A stretch of DNA of 61,875 nt, counting the filler, from Globobulimina sp. (lineage: Eukaryota), in NCBI GenBank assembly GCA_003354225.1. It is 25 parts of 25 records of this genome, joined end to end, with 100 filler letters (N's around TTAATTAATTAA, not from the genome) between each part and the next. Parts side by side here need not be neighbours in the genome. Positions count along the whole stretch, not along the records: positions 22,320 to 24,698 come from PIVH01007030.1; positions 24,799 to 27,177 come from PIVH01007031.1; positions 27,278 to 29,656 come from PIVH01007032.1; positions 29,757 to 32,135 come from PIVH01007033.1; positions 32,236 to 34,614 come from PIVH01007034.1; positions 34,715 to 37,093 come from PIVH01007035.1; 19 more parts are not named here. One strand, given 5' to 3'. Every line of letters starts with the position of its first letter. Within the stretch, counting starts at the first letter, position 1. The notes under the pieces were generated by a model. That model was not told the origin of the DNA. It saw nothing but the letters and a program-made list of their open reading frames with translations, and made no database searches. Of the stretch, positions 22,901 to 35,129 are shown in pieces. Position numbers and translations under genes: made by a program.

Positions 22901-23324
22901 CATCATCAATGTGATGTTATCTCCTTTTAACAATATCCTTCCCAATTGTTTTCTTGTTTTTTTCTTTAAATCTAACTCCTCCGCATCATCCAATGTCAAA
23001 TTCATGTATTCGTCAAAGCCCTGTTTTACAATTCAGTTTTATAACATTATAAATTTTAGGTGCAAGGAGAAAATAAAACATACGATTATCCTTCCTTCAA
23101 TTCGCATGTTTACTTGTTCATAGAGCCATATCTGTACTCTTGCTTTGTTTTGCAGGAAACGAAAAATTAAATTGACTGTACAGTACAAACAAAAGCGATG
23201 ATAATTATAATTCAATGATTAAAATGCAAAAAAAAGCCATACTTGGTTGTGTCATCACTTTTTGGAATTTTTTTGGTCTGCGTTGTTGTTGTTGTTGTTG
23301 TCTGCCATAATCTGCTTGAGCCAT
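22886..23324 (-). CDS. SNRPE: Small nuclear ribonucleoprotein E (SmE)
   Basis: Absent from the ORF track. Removing introns 23176-23242 and 23021-23083 gives [52 protein letters not shown]...[13 protein letters not shown]. Confidence 0.97.
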
Positions 23325-23410
23325 GGTTGTGCAAATAAAGTGTAAAAAACTTAGTTTAAAAATTGCTCAAAGACTTAATTTCTGTAAATTTCGTGTGAAC
23401 CTACAACGCC

Positions 23411-24283
23411 ATGTCAACCCAAACAAATAACAAAAACACACTGACAGCATTACAAACATCAGCAATTACTGGTGCATTAGCATTGGGTTCATATGCAATC
23501 TATAGTTTTACGAAGAAATCAGATTTCAAAGTTAGAATTGATAAAAATGGAAAAGAAACATTAAATACAACGTCTAAAGATTCAGACATAATTCGGTCGC
23601 GAATATCCAAAACATACAAATATTTATTTGGCAGTATTATTACAACCGGGGCAACATCGTATGCCTTATATAAAGTTGGATTTGCACGGAAAATATTGAA
23701 TAACCCACAGCCATGGATGTTAGCCTCGTTTTTAACATCCATAACAACAATGCTTATGACACGATTTACAAATTATAAAACTCAATGGAAAGCAAAGCAT
23801 GCATTTTGGGCTTTATTTAATATGTCAATAGGATCATCATTATCTGTCTTAGGATATGTGACCGGACCAACACTATTGACTCAATCCTTAATATATACCT
23901 CGACCTTAATGGGCGGAATATCGTTAATTGCAATGAGTGCTCCAAATAATTATTTTTTAGGCTTAGGCTCAGTGTTAAGTGTTGGTTTAGGTTTATTGAA
24001 TGGATTTGCTTTAATTCAATGGTTTTACCCAAATACAGATATGACTAATTTAACAATACCATTTTCATTGGGCTTATTTGGATTGTTTACAGCTTATGAC
24101 ACACAAAAAGTATTGCATAATGCACAAGATATGAGTGAAGGACATATTTATGACCCAATAAATGAACAAATGGAGCTTTATTTGGATTCTGTTAATTTAT
24201 TTGTTGATATTGTGAGATTATTAATTAAATTGCAAGATAAGGACGAGGATGAACAAAAGAAGAAAAAGAAAAAGAAAAATTAA
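23411..24283 (+). CDS. GHITM: Bax inhibitor-1 family protein, GHITM/MICS1-like
   Basis: RISKTYKY, APNNYFLGLG and YDTQKV...YDPINEQMELYLDSVNLF; multiple TM helices. Confidence 0.85.
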   Translation: MSTQTNNKNTLTALQTSAITGALALGSYAIYSFTKKSDFKVRIDKNGKETLNTTSKDSDIIRSRISKTYKYLFGSIITTGATSYALYKVGFARKILNNPQPWMLASFLTSITTMLMTRFTNYKTQWKAKHAFWALFNMSIGSSLSVLGYVTGPTLLTQSLIYTSTLMGGISLIAMSAPNNYFLGLGSVLSVGLGLLNGFALIQWFYPNTDMTNLTIPFSLGLFGLFTAYDTQKVLHNAQDMSEGHIYDPINEQMELYLDSVNLFVDIVRLLIKLQDKDEDEQKKKKKKKN

Positions 24284-24426
24284 ACCAAATTAACAGATAA
24301 GTTTTCTCAAAAGGATTACGACTTATTTGCAAAATTCTTTCACCGATCAAAAAAGTACTCTTTACGTGAACTAGGATAATTAGTCATTTCCCATTCTGGC
24401 ACTAAGTACTACACAATCCTTATTCA

Positions 24427-24698
24427 ATGGACGACTTTGGATTTGGAGAAGATCCTTTTGATGCCCAACTTGAGGAAGATTGCGCAGTACTCGATGAAAG
24501 TTAACTCATCAGATATTACAATATACAGATTTGTAATCCCTTTAATAACCGAATACACAGTCGAACACGATTTAGGCAAAAGTTATATTGCGGACAGAGT
24601 GAATCCTGCCGAAAGTGCAGCATTTAATCCATTGCAAGGACAAACATTTTCAAATGATAATAATAATCACCACCTTGATAACAACATTGATGAAGATG
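24427..24698 (+). CDS. Start of an acidic hypothetical protein
   Basis: MDDFGFGEDPFDAQLEED, intron 24500-24560, then open to the contig end. Confidence 0.5.
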
Positions 24699-24798
24699 NN
24701 NNNNNNNNNNNNNNNNNNNNNNNNNNNNNNNNNNNNNNNNNNTTAATTAATTAANNNNNNNNNNNNNNNNNNNNNNNNNNNNNNNNNNNNNNNNNNNN

Positions 24799-27177
24799 CA
24801 ACGATATCCGCAGCAAATTACAGACGACACTTTTATTACGAAAAAAATAAAACAAGTTTCCTGTGGCGATCGACACAGTGTTGCTATCAGCAGAGATGGC
24901 GAGATTTTTACATTTGGTTCAGGCGAACATGGCCAGTTAGGTCATGGTAATAACAATGATCAGTATACACCAAAACAGATCGAGTCATTGGCGCATAAAA
25001 ATATAGTATATTCCTCATGCGGTTCCATTCATACATCTGTGATATCAGAAGATGGTAAATTATATATATTCGGTTTCGGTGAGAATTTATATGGCAAACA
25101 AGCAGGGAATTTCAACTATTCTCCCATCTTAATCCCATTTAAGAATAGCAATATTCGCATCAAACAAGTGTCGTGCGGGCAGTCTCATATTGTTATATTG
25201 ACATCGAATGGCGATGTCTATGCATGGGGCGATGGCTCGTATGGTGAAATTGGGCAAGGCGCCTTTAAAGCGGCTTCCACGCCGAGATTGATATTATTAA
25301 ATAAGAATATTTCGTCCATTGCCTGCGGCCGTTATCATTCCTCTGCAGTTACCAATAATGGCTCATTGTATACCTGGGGCTGTGGCGATAATGGGCAATT
25401 AGGTCGGCAGCAGAATATGAATAATCAGAAAGCAAACAGTATCCCCAAATTAGTGATCAGTTTATTAGGAAATGTGATTGGCGAGATCTCATGCGGTGAG
25501 CACCATACTTGCGTGCTGGCCTCGTGCAGATATAAAGCATTGTCGCAAGACACGTTTGAATATGGCAAATTGGAAGAGATTGAGTTTCAGAGTAAGTTAA
25601 ATCTTATTTCGTCCTCGAAACAGAAAGGACGTGGCGTCTCGAAAAAGGATTTGATTAAAATCAAGAAATGGAGAAAAGAGGAGGAATTAAGCATTATTAA
25701 GAAGAAGAAAAGTAATCAGATTTATGAAAATAAAAAAATTCAACAAGAAATCAATAAAATATCCGCCAGAAAAGATAACAACATCAAATTGACATCGCCA
25801 CAAAAAATTAATGTGCATAAAAATAAGAAGTATAATAAGCATAAATCGGTTTCGCAGTCACCTCAGAAATCAGTAATTTGTTATAAAAAGCAACCAAACA
25901 AAAAACACGCAAAAAAACAACAACCAGATAACAATGAAAATGTATTGACAGCTCAAAATGAAGAAAGAATTACAGCAAAAGTAGCCAATCAAAATCGCGC
26001 ATCTTTCCATGAAACCTCACGCAATGTTTTATATTCAATGGCTTCGCAAATATTTGGGGTACAAAATGATTTTAAAAATTTATGTTTGGCGACCAATTTG
26101 AATAAAAGTAATATAATAAAAAATAAGTTTTCATATCGGAAAGAATATGACAAATTAAAATTGATTACAAAATTAAAAGAAACACGATTGAAAAAATTGG
26201 ATGAAGACTTGGCAATTTTGCAAGAAGTGGATGATGGCTCTGAGCTCGCTTCGGCCAACGCGGAGATGCAATTACGTAAATTGGGCATGAAATTGAATAC
26301 GGTGCAAATCAAAATATCCGAAGCAGAGCGGTCCAAAACAACGTACGAATTAAATATTGTACATATTAAGGATGAGTCGCAGGAAAATCATAAACAATTA
26401 GATTCGTTGAGACGTAATTTATTTTTACAGCAGAATTTATTAAAAAAAATCAGTAAATTTAAAGATTATGCCATCAAACAAAAGAATTATGCTCTGACTG
26501 GTTTGAAGGAATTTAATTATGAATTGAATAATTGGCGACATTTTCTGCAGTTTCAGTATAAACATTTAACATCGATCTCGTCGTCGAATAAAGAGAAAGA
26601 AAATGAAGAGAATGATGTATTGCACAACAATCAAAAAACCACAGCGACCACAAAAAGACAACAAAAAGCAATTAAACGCATTTCGAAATTAAAAAAATTA
26701 GTTGAGAATAATGATAAAGAAATTACAAAATTGTCTGACAACTTATTAGTATTTGAAGAGGAAATTAATTTCTTTCAACAAAGATTTAAAAGAATTTATA
26801 ACGCGACGGGTTTATCCGAAACAGAGAAGATAATCAATAAATTCTTTGTAAATAAAGAAATCAAAATTGAACAAGATATTTTGTTAAAAGAATTATTTGA
26901 AACCTTGAAATTAAGAGAGAAAGAATGCGTTGTTTATGAAAATAAATTGAAAGTATTGCACAATAATAATAATGACCATACCTGGCGAGAAATTGATGTG
27001 TTACAAGAAAAATTAGGAAAAGAGAAAAATAACTTAATGCAAGAAAAAATACAGCAGGAAAAAATATATTTGGAATTTATTTTATTGAATGAATGGTCGA
27101 ATGTAATTGGCAACAATTTATTGACGCATTTGAAGAAATATAAAAGTGGATTACCATCCAAAGCATCCGCGGATTCT
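24799..27177 (+). CDS. RCC1-repeat protein with long C-terminal coiled coil resembling outer dynein arm docking complex subunits (partial)
   Basis: Repeated SCGxxH...WGxGxxGQLG units from the contig start; FKRIYNATGLSETEKIINKF in the coiled coil. Confidence 0.8.
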
Positions 27178-27279
27178 NNNNNNNNNNNNNNNNNNNNNNN
27201 NNNNNNNNNNNNNNNNNNNNNTTAATTAATTAANNNNNNNNNNNNNNNNNNNNNNNNNNNNNNNNNNNNNNNNNNNNCT

Positions 27280-28221
27280 TTGGTGAATAGCAATTTTGTG
27301 GGACTGCGCTTGTTTGCGATGGGTTTGTCGAATAAAGATATGCGGGAGTTGGACCAGCAAAGGTTGTATAATGTGGTTCTTGGCGAAAACTTGCCTCAGT
27401 TGCTGTTGCAGATTGCGTACACTTACGTCGCAGAGAGCTTTGAGTTGATTGCATTTCTAGCAATTTGCTCGTCGTCCATCTCAATCGCAGCCGCCGTGTA
27501 CAGTTTCCAGTCCACGAAGAAAGTTCTGGCTCTTTCCAACGTACAGGAGTCGTTGTTCTCGCTCAAAGTGTCTTGTCTACAAACTGAGTTTTTGCGGCAT
27601 CCCGGACTTTACAAAAACAAAACATATTATTTGTCGGCTGAAATTGCGCGAATATTTCCCGATCCATTGGACCGAAGTTGTGTGGAGATATTGCCCACTC
27701 AGAAGTTCTCAAACCAAAAAGGGGACGGATTGATGATCTATTTTTTTATTTCAACCTCGAAAAGACAGCCGGCGGAGATCTATGAGGACTTGAAAGATGC
27801 GATTAAGATTAAGGACGACGCCAAAGTGTCGCATTTGGGCCGCCAGATTGCGAAATCGTGGAATTTGGAAAAGGGCGAGGAGTGTGATGCGAAACTGCAG
27901 GTAAAGACTTTTGATTTGGTTTGGATGAATTGCATTGTTGGAGCTAGCAATGACGAGATGGAGATGCAAACTGTGGGGAATAAAACAAATACAAATACAA
28001 ATACAGAAAATGTGGTGGCGGGAGAGAGCGGCGCTGTTAATGTTGTTGACAATGTTCCGTTGGCTGTTGACAATGTCAGAAATTCAATGTTAAATCCGGC
28101 GGATTTTGAAATGATTAATGTCGATCCAGATCCAGATCCAGTTGAGGAGCCTGCTGAGGATGCGGATGAGGGCAATCAGGATAATGATGATGATGATGGT
28201 ACTAAAGCGGTTTATAGTTAG
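27280..28221 (+). CDS. Membrane protein, C-terminal part
   Basis: ENLPQLLLQIAY (ExxPQ motif as in XK-related proteins), a TM helix and an acidic tail. 5'-truncated. Confidence 0.65.
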   Translation: MVNSNFVGLRLFAMGLSNKDMRELDQQRLYNVVLGENLPQLLLQIAYTYVAESFELIAFLAICSSSISIAAAVYSFQSTKKVLALSNVQESLFSLKVSCLQTEFLRHPGLYKNKTYYLSAEIARIFPDPLDRSCVEILPTQKFSNQKGDGLMIYFFISTSKRQPAEIYEDLKDAIKIKDDAKVSHLGRQIAKSWNLEKGEECDAKLQVKTFDLVWMNCIVGASNDEMEMQTVGNKTNTNTNTENVVAGESGAVNVVDNVPLAVDNVRNSMLNPADFEMINVDPDPDPVEEPAEDADEGNQDNDDDDGTKAVYS

Positions 28222-28302
28222 TTGGTTTTTATTTTTTTTGTGTTTTAATGTAAATATATTATTCTCGTTCGAATTATACAATAGGGTTTTTTTTTGTTGG
28301 TA

Positions 28303-29656
28303 ATGTCTTCACTGTGGCTGCTGGACCAGTTAATAACAACGCTAAATAGTGCAACATTAAGCAATCTCAGTTTCAGTAAAACTGGTGTTTATTACCATAC
28401 TGACTGCCTGAAACATACAGTTCCAAAAGGAATTGGTAACAGCAAATCATTTGAATGTCCAGAAAGAATATCGAGCGCATATAAGAAACTGCAACAACAT
28501 GGCTTGTTAAAATATTGTAAAAATTATAATAATGATGATTTTAAAGCCGCAAATATTCAACAATTAGCAAAATGTCATTCAAGCAAACATATAAACAAAA
28601 TATTATCAAACGACAAACCAGCCACCACAAATAAACTCAATTTTTTATTAAAGTCATACTATTCAAAAGTTGGCGGATATTATGATAACGACACATATTT
28701 TAATAGCCATACACCAACATCATGTAAAGTGGCGTGTGGTGCAGGTCATAATCACATGCATTTGATTTTAATTTGATTTTGTGTACCATTTGCATACTGA
28801 AATTAAATTAAAATTAGTCAAACCAATCTCATGTGGACGTGGTACACAAAATAAACTAAAAGGAATTGATATGCTTCGTAATATATTATTGAATAAAATA
28901 AATAATGGCTTCTGTTTGCTCCGTCCGCCTGGACATCATTGTGAATGTAACATCGATTCCAAACAGAAGGATAAACCAATGGGGTTTTGTTTGTTTAACA
29001 ATGTTGTTGTTGCCATTGAAAACAATCAGCATTTGCTGCCAAATTATAACAAGAAAATAGTCATTATTGACTGGGATGTTCATCACGGAAATGGAGTACA
29101 AAACTTTTATTATAATAATAAAGATGTAATGTATTTTTCCATACACAAATACAACAAAGCTGCGTTTTATCCAGGAACTGGACATTTGTATGAAATTGGT
29201 GGTGATCGTGTTGGTGGCGCAGAAGGAAAAAATATAAATATTGCATTGAATGATTTGAATGACAATGTTGGCGATAAAGAGTATGTAACAATATTTATGG
29301 ATATATTAATACCAATTTTAAATGCATTTAATCCATATTTAATTGTAGTATCCGCTGGGTTTGATTCATTGATAAATGATGTTGGAAAATATAAGGTATC
29401 GCCACCATGTTATGGTGTATTGATGAGATTAATATTAAATCACACAAAATGTAAAAAAATAGGTTGTATCTTAGAAGGTGGCTATAATTTGGAGTTGATG
29501 CCTTATGCGATATCATGTGTTATTTACTCGTTGCTTTGTGGTGAAACAAAAGGTAACGATGCATCTGATATAGAAACGTTTTGTAATGAGTTTGTAGAAT
29601 TTGTGGGAGATGATGGTAAAGTAAATAATTGGCAGAGTTTGGATAATAACAAAGAT
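28303..29656 (+). CDS. Class II histone deacetylase family protein
   Basis: ECPERI, RPPGHH, GFCLFNN, DWDVHHGNG, FYPGTG, SAGFD and LEGGY motifs. Intron 28745-28862. Confidence 0.95.
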
Positions 29657-29916
29657 NNNNNNNNNNNNNNNNNNNNNNNNNNNNNNNNNNNNNNNNNNNN
29701 TTAATTAATTAANNNNNNNNNNNNNNNNNNNNNNNNNNNNNNNNNNNNNNNNNNNNGGTCTTCAGCGTCAGATTTCTGGTGACTGCTAAAGGTAAAAATA
29801 ATATAGGTTTGCCTTTGTTTCTCAGAAACAATAATAATCTGACGTTGAAAACCGGATGCTCTTATAAAGTTTTTAGTGTTTTTTAAATATCCACTTAGCA
29901 ATAAAACAACTTTCGA

Positions 29917-30852
29917 ATGGATTCCAATGAAGACAAATGGGAAGAATACAGGTGTCCAGCTTACACAGCAACTATTCCAGAGGTGAATGATATTGACATC
30001 AACGATGAAAAACACTGTCCATCCATTTATACGCAAAGTTGGAGTGATACATTACATGATATTATTTATAATTTTTGTCGTAAAAATGACATTTTAGAAC
30101 AATGCAATCAAATAATCCCCAAATCCATGTTTGAAATAATTGCACTATTTTATACCAACGACATTACAAAAAAGAAGTCATTTAAAGACTACATGAATGC
30201 AATATTAATTTGTAAATATTTTAGTTTCATCAAACAAACTCCGAGAGCTCATCTGCAAAACGCGAACGATTTGGCAATTAAAAAAGAATATAAATTAACA
30301 AAAAAATCATCATTGACCACAAGCAAAATATTTAAAGCATTGCGCACTTACAAAACAAATCCATTTGAGATAAATGTGAAAGATTTTGGGATATTTTTCA
30401 TTGATCATGATTTGAGCAAAAATAATTTAAAAAGATATTCGTTTCCACAGAATGAGATTTATAATGTATCGGAACAAGAACGTAATATCATCGCAGCCAT
30501 TCGAGATACGATTAAAATAAATAATTATGAGAATGCCATAATGATTGAAAGCGAAAATGGATTGAAATCTCCATTGATTTATTTGAGTAATGAGTTATTT
30601 ACAATTTGTAAGAAAGGAAACTTTAAATCTGCCATTCGATTGCATACAATTATTGAATATAGAGATAAAGCATTATTTGCAGTGGATTATTCGCACACTT
30701 TTGTGTATTTTTTGTTCGTCTTTAAATATTTTACCATTATTATTCATGACAAAGTGACTGCGGAAAGACATACGACACGGACTATGGAAGCAAAAGTATT
30801 GGCAAATCGGTATAGAGGAATACTGCAAGAATTGGATAAAAGTGGATTATAA
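29917..30852 (+). CDS. Hypothetical protein with IP box
   Basis: 311-aa ORF containing IIYNFCR...IIPKSMFEIIALFY. Confidence 0.65.
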   Translation: MDSNEDKWEEYRCPAYTATIPEVNDIDINDEKHCPSIYTQSWSDTLHDIIYNFCRKNDILEQCNQIIPKSMFEIIALFYTNDITKKKSFKDYMNAILICKYFSFIKQTPRAHLQNANDLAIKKEYKLTKKSSLTTSKIFKALRTYKTNPFEINVKDFGIFFIDHDLSKNNLKRYSFPQNEIYNVSEQERNIIAAIRDTIKINNYENAIMIESENGLKSPLIYLSNELFTICKKGNFKSAIRLHTIIEYRDKALFAVDYSHTFVYFLFVFKYFTIIIHDKVTAERHTTRTMEAKVLANRYRGILQELDKSGL

Positions 30853-30868
30853 ATTATATACTATCGAA

Positions 30869-32135
30869 TTATAAACCATTCCGAACGAGAAAGGATTGCC
30901 ATTTCTTCTTTTTCTTGCTATCCTTACCACACTTTTTAGAGTTTTTTGTTCCGAAAGTTTTCATTTTACTCACATTTGTTTCTGCCGCTTTTCCAGATCG
31001 TCTTTTAACCCTTTTTTTATTATTCTTGCTTTTCTTATATGTGTTATCCATTGACCTCTTCATTGCAAATGATTTGTCATACATTAAACCCAAATCATCC
31101 GCATATTTATATACTCCTTTTTTATTATTTATGGGATGTTTGGCATTTTCAAACGATATGTTTGGATCCAATAAGCCATTCACAATGTTATTTTTTATAT
31201 TTTGTAAATCTGTCAACACAGAATTTCTTTCCTTTTTTCCTTCCGCGCCATGGTCATATTCAAATTTCATCTCTTCACTCTCTTCAATGCCACCCATCAC
31301 TGTTTCCGCTCCATTTTGTTCCAATAAATGTTGATTCGATCCATCATATTTTATATCAAATTTTACCTTTTTATTTGCTGCCATTCCCATTATGGTTTCT
31401 GTCTTATTCATGTCATTCAAATCCGGTATAATATCACCTTCGATATCATACTTTTTAAAAACAATCTTTTCATTTTCATCCACATTCCCAATCATCGTAA
31501 AACACTCATTCTTAATATTATTTTCTTCGCTTATTTTGGCGTTTATCACTGATATGTTTCCATTAAATTTTATCTTTTCATTTGCTGCCATCCCTAGCAT
31601 GGTTTCGATGTTATTATTCATTGAAATATCTGCGTTGTCGCCGTACGACTCATCACTTTCAATCATATCATTTATTTGTTTACATTGTGTGTCTGAAGAA
31701 TGATAATCTGAATCGGATAATGGCTGTGTAGGCAATGCAGTGTTTGCGGATTGAAAAGCAATTTGAATATCGCTGACACCTTCGACAGCAGTCATGTATG
31801 GATTAAATGGTTCGGCTATTTTTGGATTGTCGTCACTCGATTCGCTCAGTTGAGAGTGTAATGTATTGCAAAGTGGTTGGCCTTGATTTCTATGTTTAGA
31901 TAGAACTTTGTTTGATTTTTTTCTTTTTTTCGCTTGATTTTTTTGTCTGGATTGCGCTTTGCGTTGTTTTTCAATTTTTAGTTTTAATGATGTCTTTTTA
32001 TTGGTGCTTTGATTTTTATTTTTTTTCTTGTTTTTATCTGTGTGGACTGTGCGTGTATCATTATTATCGATTTGTGGATTGTTAGGTTTATGATTCCGGC
32101 GACGACGCTTCATTGATTTTTTTTGCATTTTAGTT
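30869..32135 (-). CDS. Low-complexity Lys/Asn-rich hypothetical protein with internal repeats
   Basis: ORF of at least 419 aa with ETxxGMAAN..K.KF repeats. Confidence 0.65.
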
Positions 32136-32399
32136 NNNNNNNNNNNNNNNNNNNNNNNNNNNNNNNNNNNNNNNNNNNNTTAATTAATTAANNNNNNNNN
32201 NNNNNNNNNNNNNNNNNNNNNNNNNNNNNNNNNNNCAATGCAGAAAATGAATTGGTTATTTTAGGTGGACGTGGTTAATTGTTGGAAAAACTGTCGCGGT
32301 TTGTATAGATTATGAACTAAAAAAGAATTAATATACAAAAAAGAATATATTGATTTGCTAATTGGTCCGATCGTGTATAGTATCGTTACCTACTAAAAA

Positions 32400-34614
32400 T
32401 CAATGAATATTGCCATTAGTATACCAATATTGAAAGTTTTGATCAGAATATTCTATTTTATCTACAATCGCTTGCGCGATATCATCCTGTTCAAATCTGC
32501 AATTGTTTGCATATTTATCCAAAAATAATTTAGGTAAAACATCCATAATATCTCGAGGAAAAAAGCGAATAAATGTTGAGTCCCGAAACAAATAACATTT
32601 TATAACATCTCTACTTTCAATAATAAAGGATAACATTAATAAAGCCCCATTACACAAACTGTGAGATGTTATTGCTTTTTTTTGATTTTTCCGATGTCGA
32701 TCACAAAATTCCTTTTCATTTTTATCAAAATAATCATTGTTCGAATTAAATTTGGGTAGAAATGAAGTTTGAGTCGCATTCAAATACCACTCCGGTAATA
32801 TATTCTTAGCGCAATGTGATGGAATAAATTTACATTTTTGTGGCTCAAAAAAATGGATTCTATCACAATATGAATATGATTCATTACCATCAACATTTGA
32901 ATTGTTACCATATTTATAATCTTTCCCATTTCGTCGGTCAACAATTGCACAAAACCTTGAACCATTTGGATATCCAAATTCTGAATCAATATTTAATTTA
33001 TTTTTAAATTGATTATAGGTTTCTAATATTTTAGATTTATTTTCTGAAAATGAATCATTTATATTTTTACAAACTAAATTATCTAATAATAAATAAATTG
33101 TTTCGTGGCTCATTTCATAATCTAATATCTCAAATATTATTCGATTTATATTCATTTCAGAATATAGCTCATCCATTATATTCTGCAATGACAATACTTT
33201 TAATCTTTCTATTTCATCACATAAATTATCATAATATTCAGTAAATATCTTTCCTTGTTTTCTATATTCAAATGAAGCTAAATCCATTACACTGTTTCTT
33301 TCATTTTCATAATCATAAATTAAATATTTTTGACAAACATTTAACAGCAGCTTCACATCATTTTGATTATTAATCATTTGTAATGTTTCTGCGCTTTCCG
33401 GCATTGCATTGGCAGTCAATCTGTTCTGTACAAATATACATTCATTTGATATCAATCTACTCTCTATATCGCCAACACAATCTTTTAACTCATCAGTCGT
33501 CCATTTAATGCCACCATCACCGCTATCACCCAAATCGCTCCATAATGCCGGGAAACACGAACCTTTCTTTTGCACGGACTTCGCACATGAAATTGCAAAA
33601 TCGAACTGAAAATTAATATCTTTGGATTCATTATTATCCATTATATATTTTATTATTTCATATGCGTGCAAGACATATTTGGCAATCGCATATATATCAT
33701 CTTTGATTAACATTAATGGATTTATATTTAATCTCGGGCATATTCGGAGATATTTCTCCATTCCGCTCAATATATTTAATATGGCATCGCCATTCTTACC
33801 GCAAATATGTTGGCGTAAACGATATTTTTCTGCCCAATCCGCAATGTTATAATCATTTAACGTATGAACATCGTAAATACAGTCATTACTAATATATTTA
33901 TTATAATATAAGGCACATTGTAAGGAATCTCGCATATAAATATCTAATAAACTTTGCAAAAATGGAAAATTATTATTGCGTACACCCACAGCAAATGCAT
34001 ATGCCATTCCATTGTCTGTTAATGCTTTGTTAGCAAATGAATATTTGCACTGTTCTTTGTATCGTTGCAATCCAAAATTCACTTCATTTTCGTTCAGATT
34101 TAAGCGCAAATTAAATGTGTGGCCACCAATCAGATAACCTGTGTAATGTTTTCATTTTGTTTTGTTAAGTTGTGCGCGGATAAACACTTAACTTCTCATA
34201 AAATTACCCGTTAATTGGAATGTCTTTCGTGTTTTGAATGCTTTGCCATATTTATAACAACTTTGCAAAATTCTGAATGTTTCCTTTTGTTTTTCGTCTG
34301 CATTTTTTATGGCTGGGTCCAGTGGGAAATCATCATCAAATTCAATATAACCGCCATCCTGTGGTTCAATGCCGTCACCGAGTTCATCGTCAATAGCTTC
34401 GCAGTCATATTCATTTTCAACAAAGAATGTTAAAAATTTATTCTGGTAATCATTTCTACCCATTTTCAAATAGTACTGTTGCAATGCATCATCAATTTTG
34501 ATACTTTCTGTTGTATTGTTGTGTAAAAAACATGCATATATTCTTCAAGTTGTGTTTACATACTTTTCACAGCCTTGCAGAGTTCATTAAATTGATGATA
34601 TCTCACATCGCTTG
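32400..34614 (-). CDS. Large lineage-specific hypothetical protein, 5'-truncated
   Basis: Intron 34139-34207 joins the 98-aa and 569-aa ORFs in frame. Confidence 0.7.
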
Positions 34615-34714
34615 NNNNNNNNNNNNNNNNNNNNNNNNNNNNNNNNNNNNNNNNNNNNTTAATTAATTAANNNNNNNNNNNNNNNNNNNNNNNNNNNNNN
34701 NNNNNNNNNNNNNN

Positions 34715-35086
34715 TAAAGTTATCGGCGTTTTGGTTTTCTGTAATTTATGGATTATTGATTCATACGAAAAATCTGTGATTTGTGTTGCATTTATTTTCA
34801 ATAATTGTGCACCATATTTTAGGTTTACTTTTTTATTTTTTGTGTCAGCGCCAATGTGCGCATTTAATCCATCCATGGTCTCCATTACTAAATGGATATC
34901 AATTGGTTTCTTATCGAAAACAACTGTCATTGTTTCGGGTTTAATCTCCTTTTTACCTTTCAATGCTGGTTTCTTTCTTATTGAGCGTGTTGTGGCATAT
35001 ATTAATAATCCCAATGATGCAATGGCCACTCCACCGATCACATACTTAATAATTTTACGTGTGTTGAGAGTTGATGGTTCAGTCAT
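34715..35086 (-). CDS. N-terminally anchored protein with PDZ-like segment, 3'-truncated
   Basis: TM helix IIKYVIGGVAIASLGLLIY; LKYGAQLLKINATQI...IIHKLQKTKTPITL resembles the end of a PDZ domain. Confidence 0.55.
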
Positions 35087-35129
35087 TTTCAACCAACTAC
35101 AGTTTTTTCAACATAAAAACTTTTTAAAC

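Noticed and set aside
34731-35129. N-terminal extension of the ICMT-family ORF
   Set aside because: It is the antisense of the neighbouring minus-strand gene; the methyltransferase plausibly starts at 35130.
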